Of a stretch of DNA of 64,000 bases, positions 63,130 through 64,000 are shown piece by piece. The notes under the pieces were generated by a model. That model did no database searches. It was not told where the DNA came from and saw only the letters and a program-made list of their open reading frames with translations. Source of the stretch: Mobula birostris (taxonomy: Eukaryota); contig NC_092371.1 of NCBI RefSeq assembly GCF_030028105.1, forward strand, positions 97,243,064 through 97,307,063, given 5' to 3'. The position numbers and the translations under genes are program-made. Within the stretch, counting starts at the first letter, position 1; each line of letters begins with the position of its first letter.

Positions 63130-64000
63130 TAAGGTACACCATGCAAGGCTAATTGCGAAACTAAGGAGGCATGGGATCCAAGGGGATATTGCTTTGTGGA
63201 TCCAGAACTGGCTTGCCCACAGAAGGCAAAGAGTGGTTGTAGACGGGCCATATTCTGCACGGAGGTCGGTCACCAGTGGAGTGTCTCAGGGATCTGTTCT
63301 GGGACCCTTACTCTTCGTGATTTTTATAAATGCCCTGGATGAGGAAGATGAGGGATAGTTTAGTAAGTTTGCTGATGGCACAAAGGTTGGAGGTGTTGTG
63401 GATAGTGTGGAGGGCTGTCAGAATTTACAGCGGGATGTTGATTGGATGCAAAACAGGGCTGAGAAGTGGCAGATGGAGTTCAACCCAGATAAGTGTGAAG
63501 TGGTTCATTTTGGTAGGTCAAATATGATGGCAGAATATAGTATTAATGGTAAGAATCTTGGCAGTGTGGAGGATCGAAGGATCTTGGGGGATCGAGGCCA
63601 TAGGACGCGCAAAGAAGCTGCGCAGGTTGACTCTGTGGTTAAGAAGGCGTATGGTGTATTGGTCTTCAGCAATCGTGGTATTGAATGTAGGAGTTGAGAC
63701 ATAATGTTGCAGCTATATAGGACCCTGGTCAGACCTCACTCCGAGTACTGTGCTCAGTTCTGGTTGCCTCACTACAGGAAGGATGTGGATGCCATAGAAA
63801 GAGTGCAGAGGAGATTTACAAGGATGTTTCCTGGATTAGGGAGCACACATTATATGAATAGGTTGAGTGAACTCGTCGTTCTTTTCTCCTTGGAGCGACG
63901 GAGGATGAGAGGTGACCTGATAGATGTGTTAAAGATGATGAGAGGCATTGATCGTATGGATAGTCAGAGGCTATTTCCCAGGGTTGAAATGGTTGCCACA
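63130..64000 (+). mobile_element. CR1 RT fragment running off the window end
   Basis: [52 protein letters not shown]. Confidence 0.92.

Noticed and set aside
1-64000. CRISPR arrays, rRNA, standalone tRNA genes or prokaryotic systems
   Set aside because: None seen. The tRNA-like boxes belong to a SINE, and the short repeats are CR1 tails and microsatellites.

Overview
Eukaryotic, repeat-dense DNA from a cartilaginous fish (probably a ray; inferred from the Ig type and repeat families). It holds part of a tandem array of immunoglobulin light-chain miniclusters of the lambda / type II (NS3-like) class, all on the minus strand. In transcriptional order (high to low coordinates): (1) an open C exon at 56797-57119 lacking the terminal inter-chain Cys, with its V apparently beyond the window; (2) a leader plus germline-joined VJ exon at 47559-48033 with a GTG at the initiator position; (3) a C exon at 42003-42326 with a +1 homopolymer frameshift; (4) an orphan C pseudogene at 25145-25468; (5) a decayed V pseudogene with leader and promoter at about 7425-7955, not visible in the ORF track, which also has GTG at the initiator position and has lost J and C. 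Flank and intron homologies show these are old segmental duplicates. Much of the rest is transposon-derived: CR1, L1-clade and Rex1/Babar-like LINEs, two Ty3/gypsy elements (one with an L1 nested in its LTR), Penelope-like termini with minimal hammerhead-ribozyme motifs, a palindromic mariner MITE, a hAT-Charlie fossil and a CORE-type SINE. There are two assembly gaps. All alignments were done by eye; TE boundaries are approximate unless a TSD or TIR is quoted.
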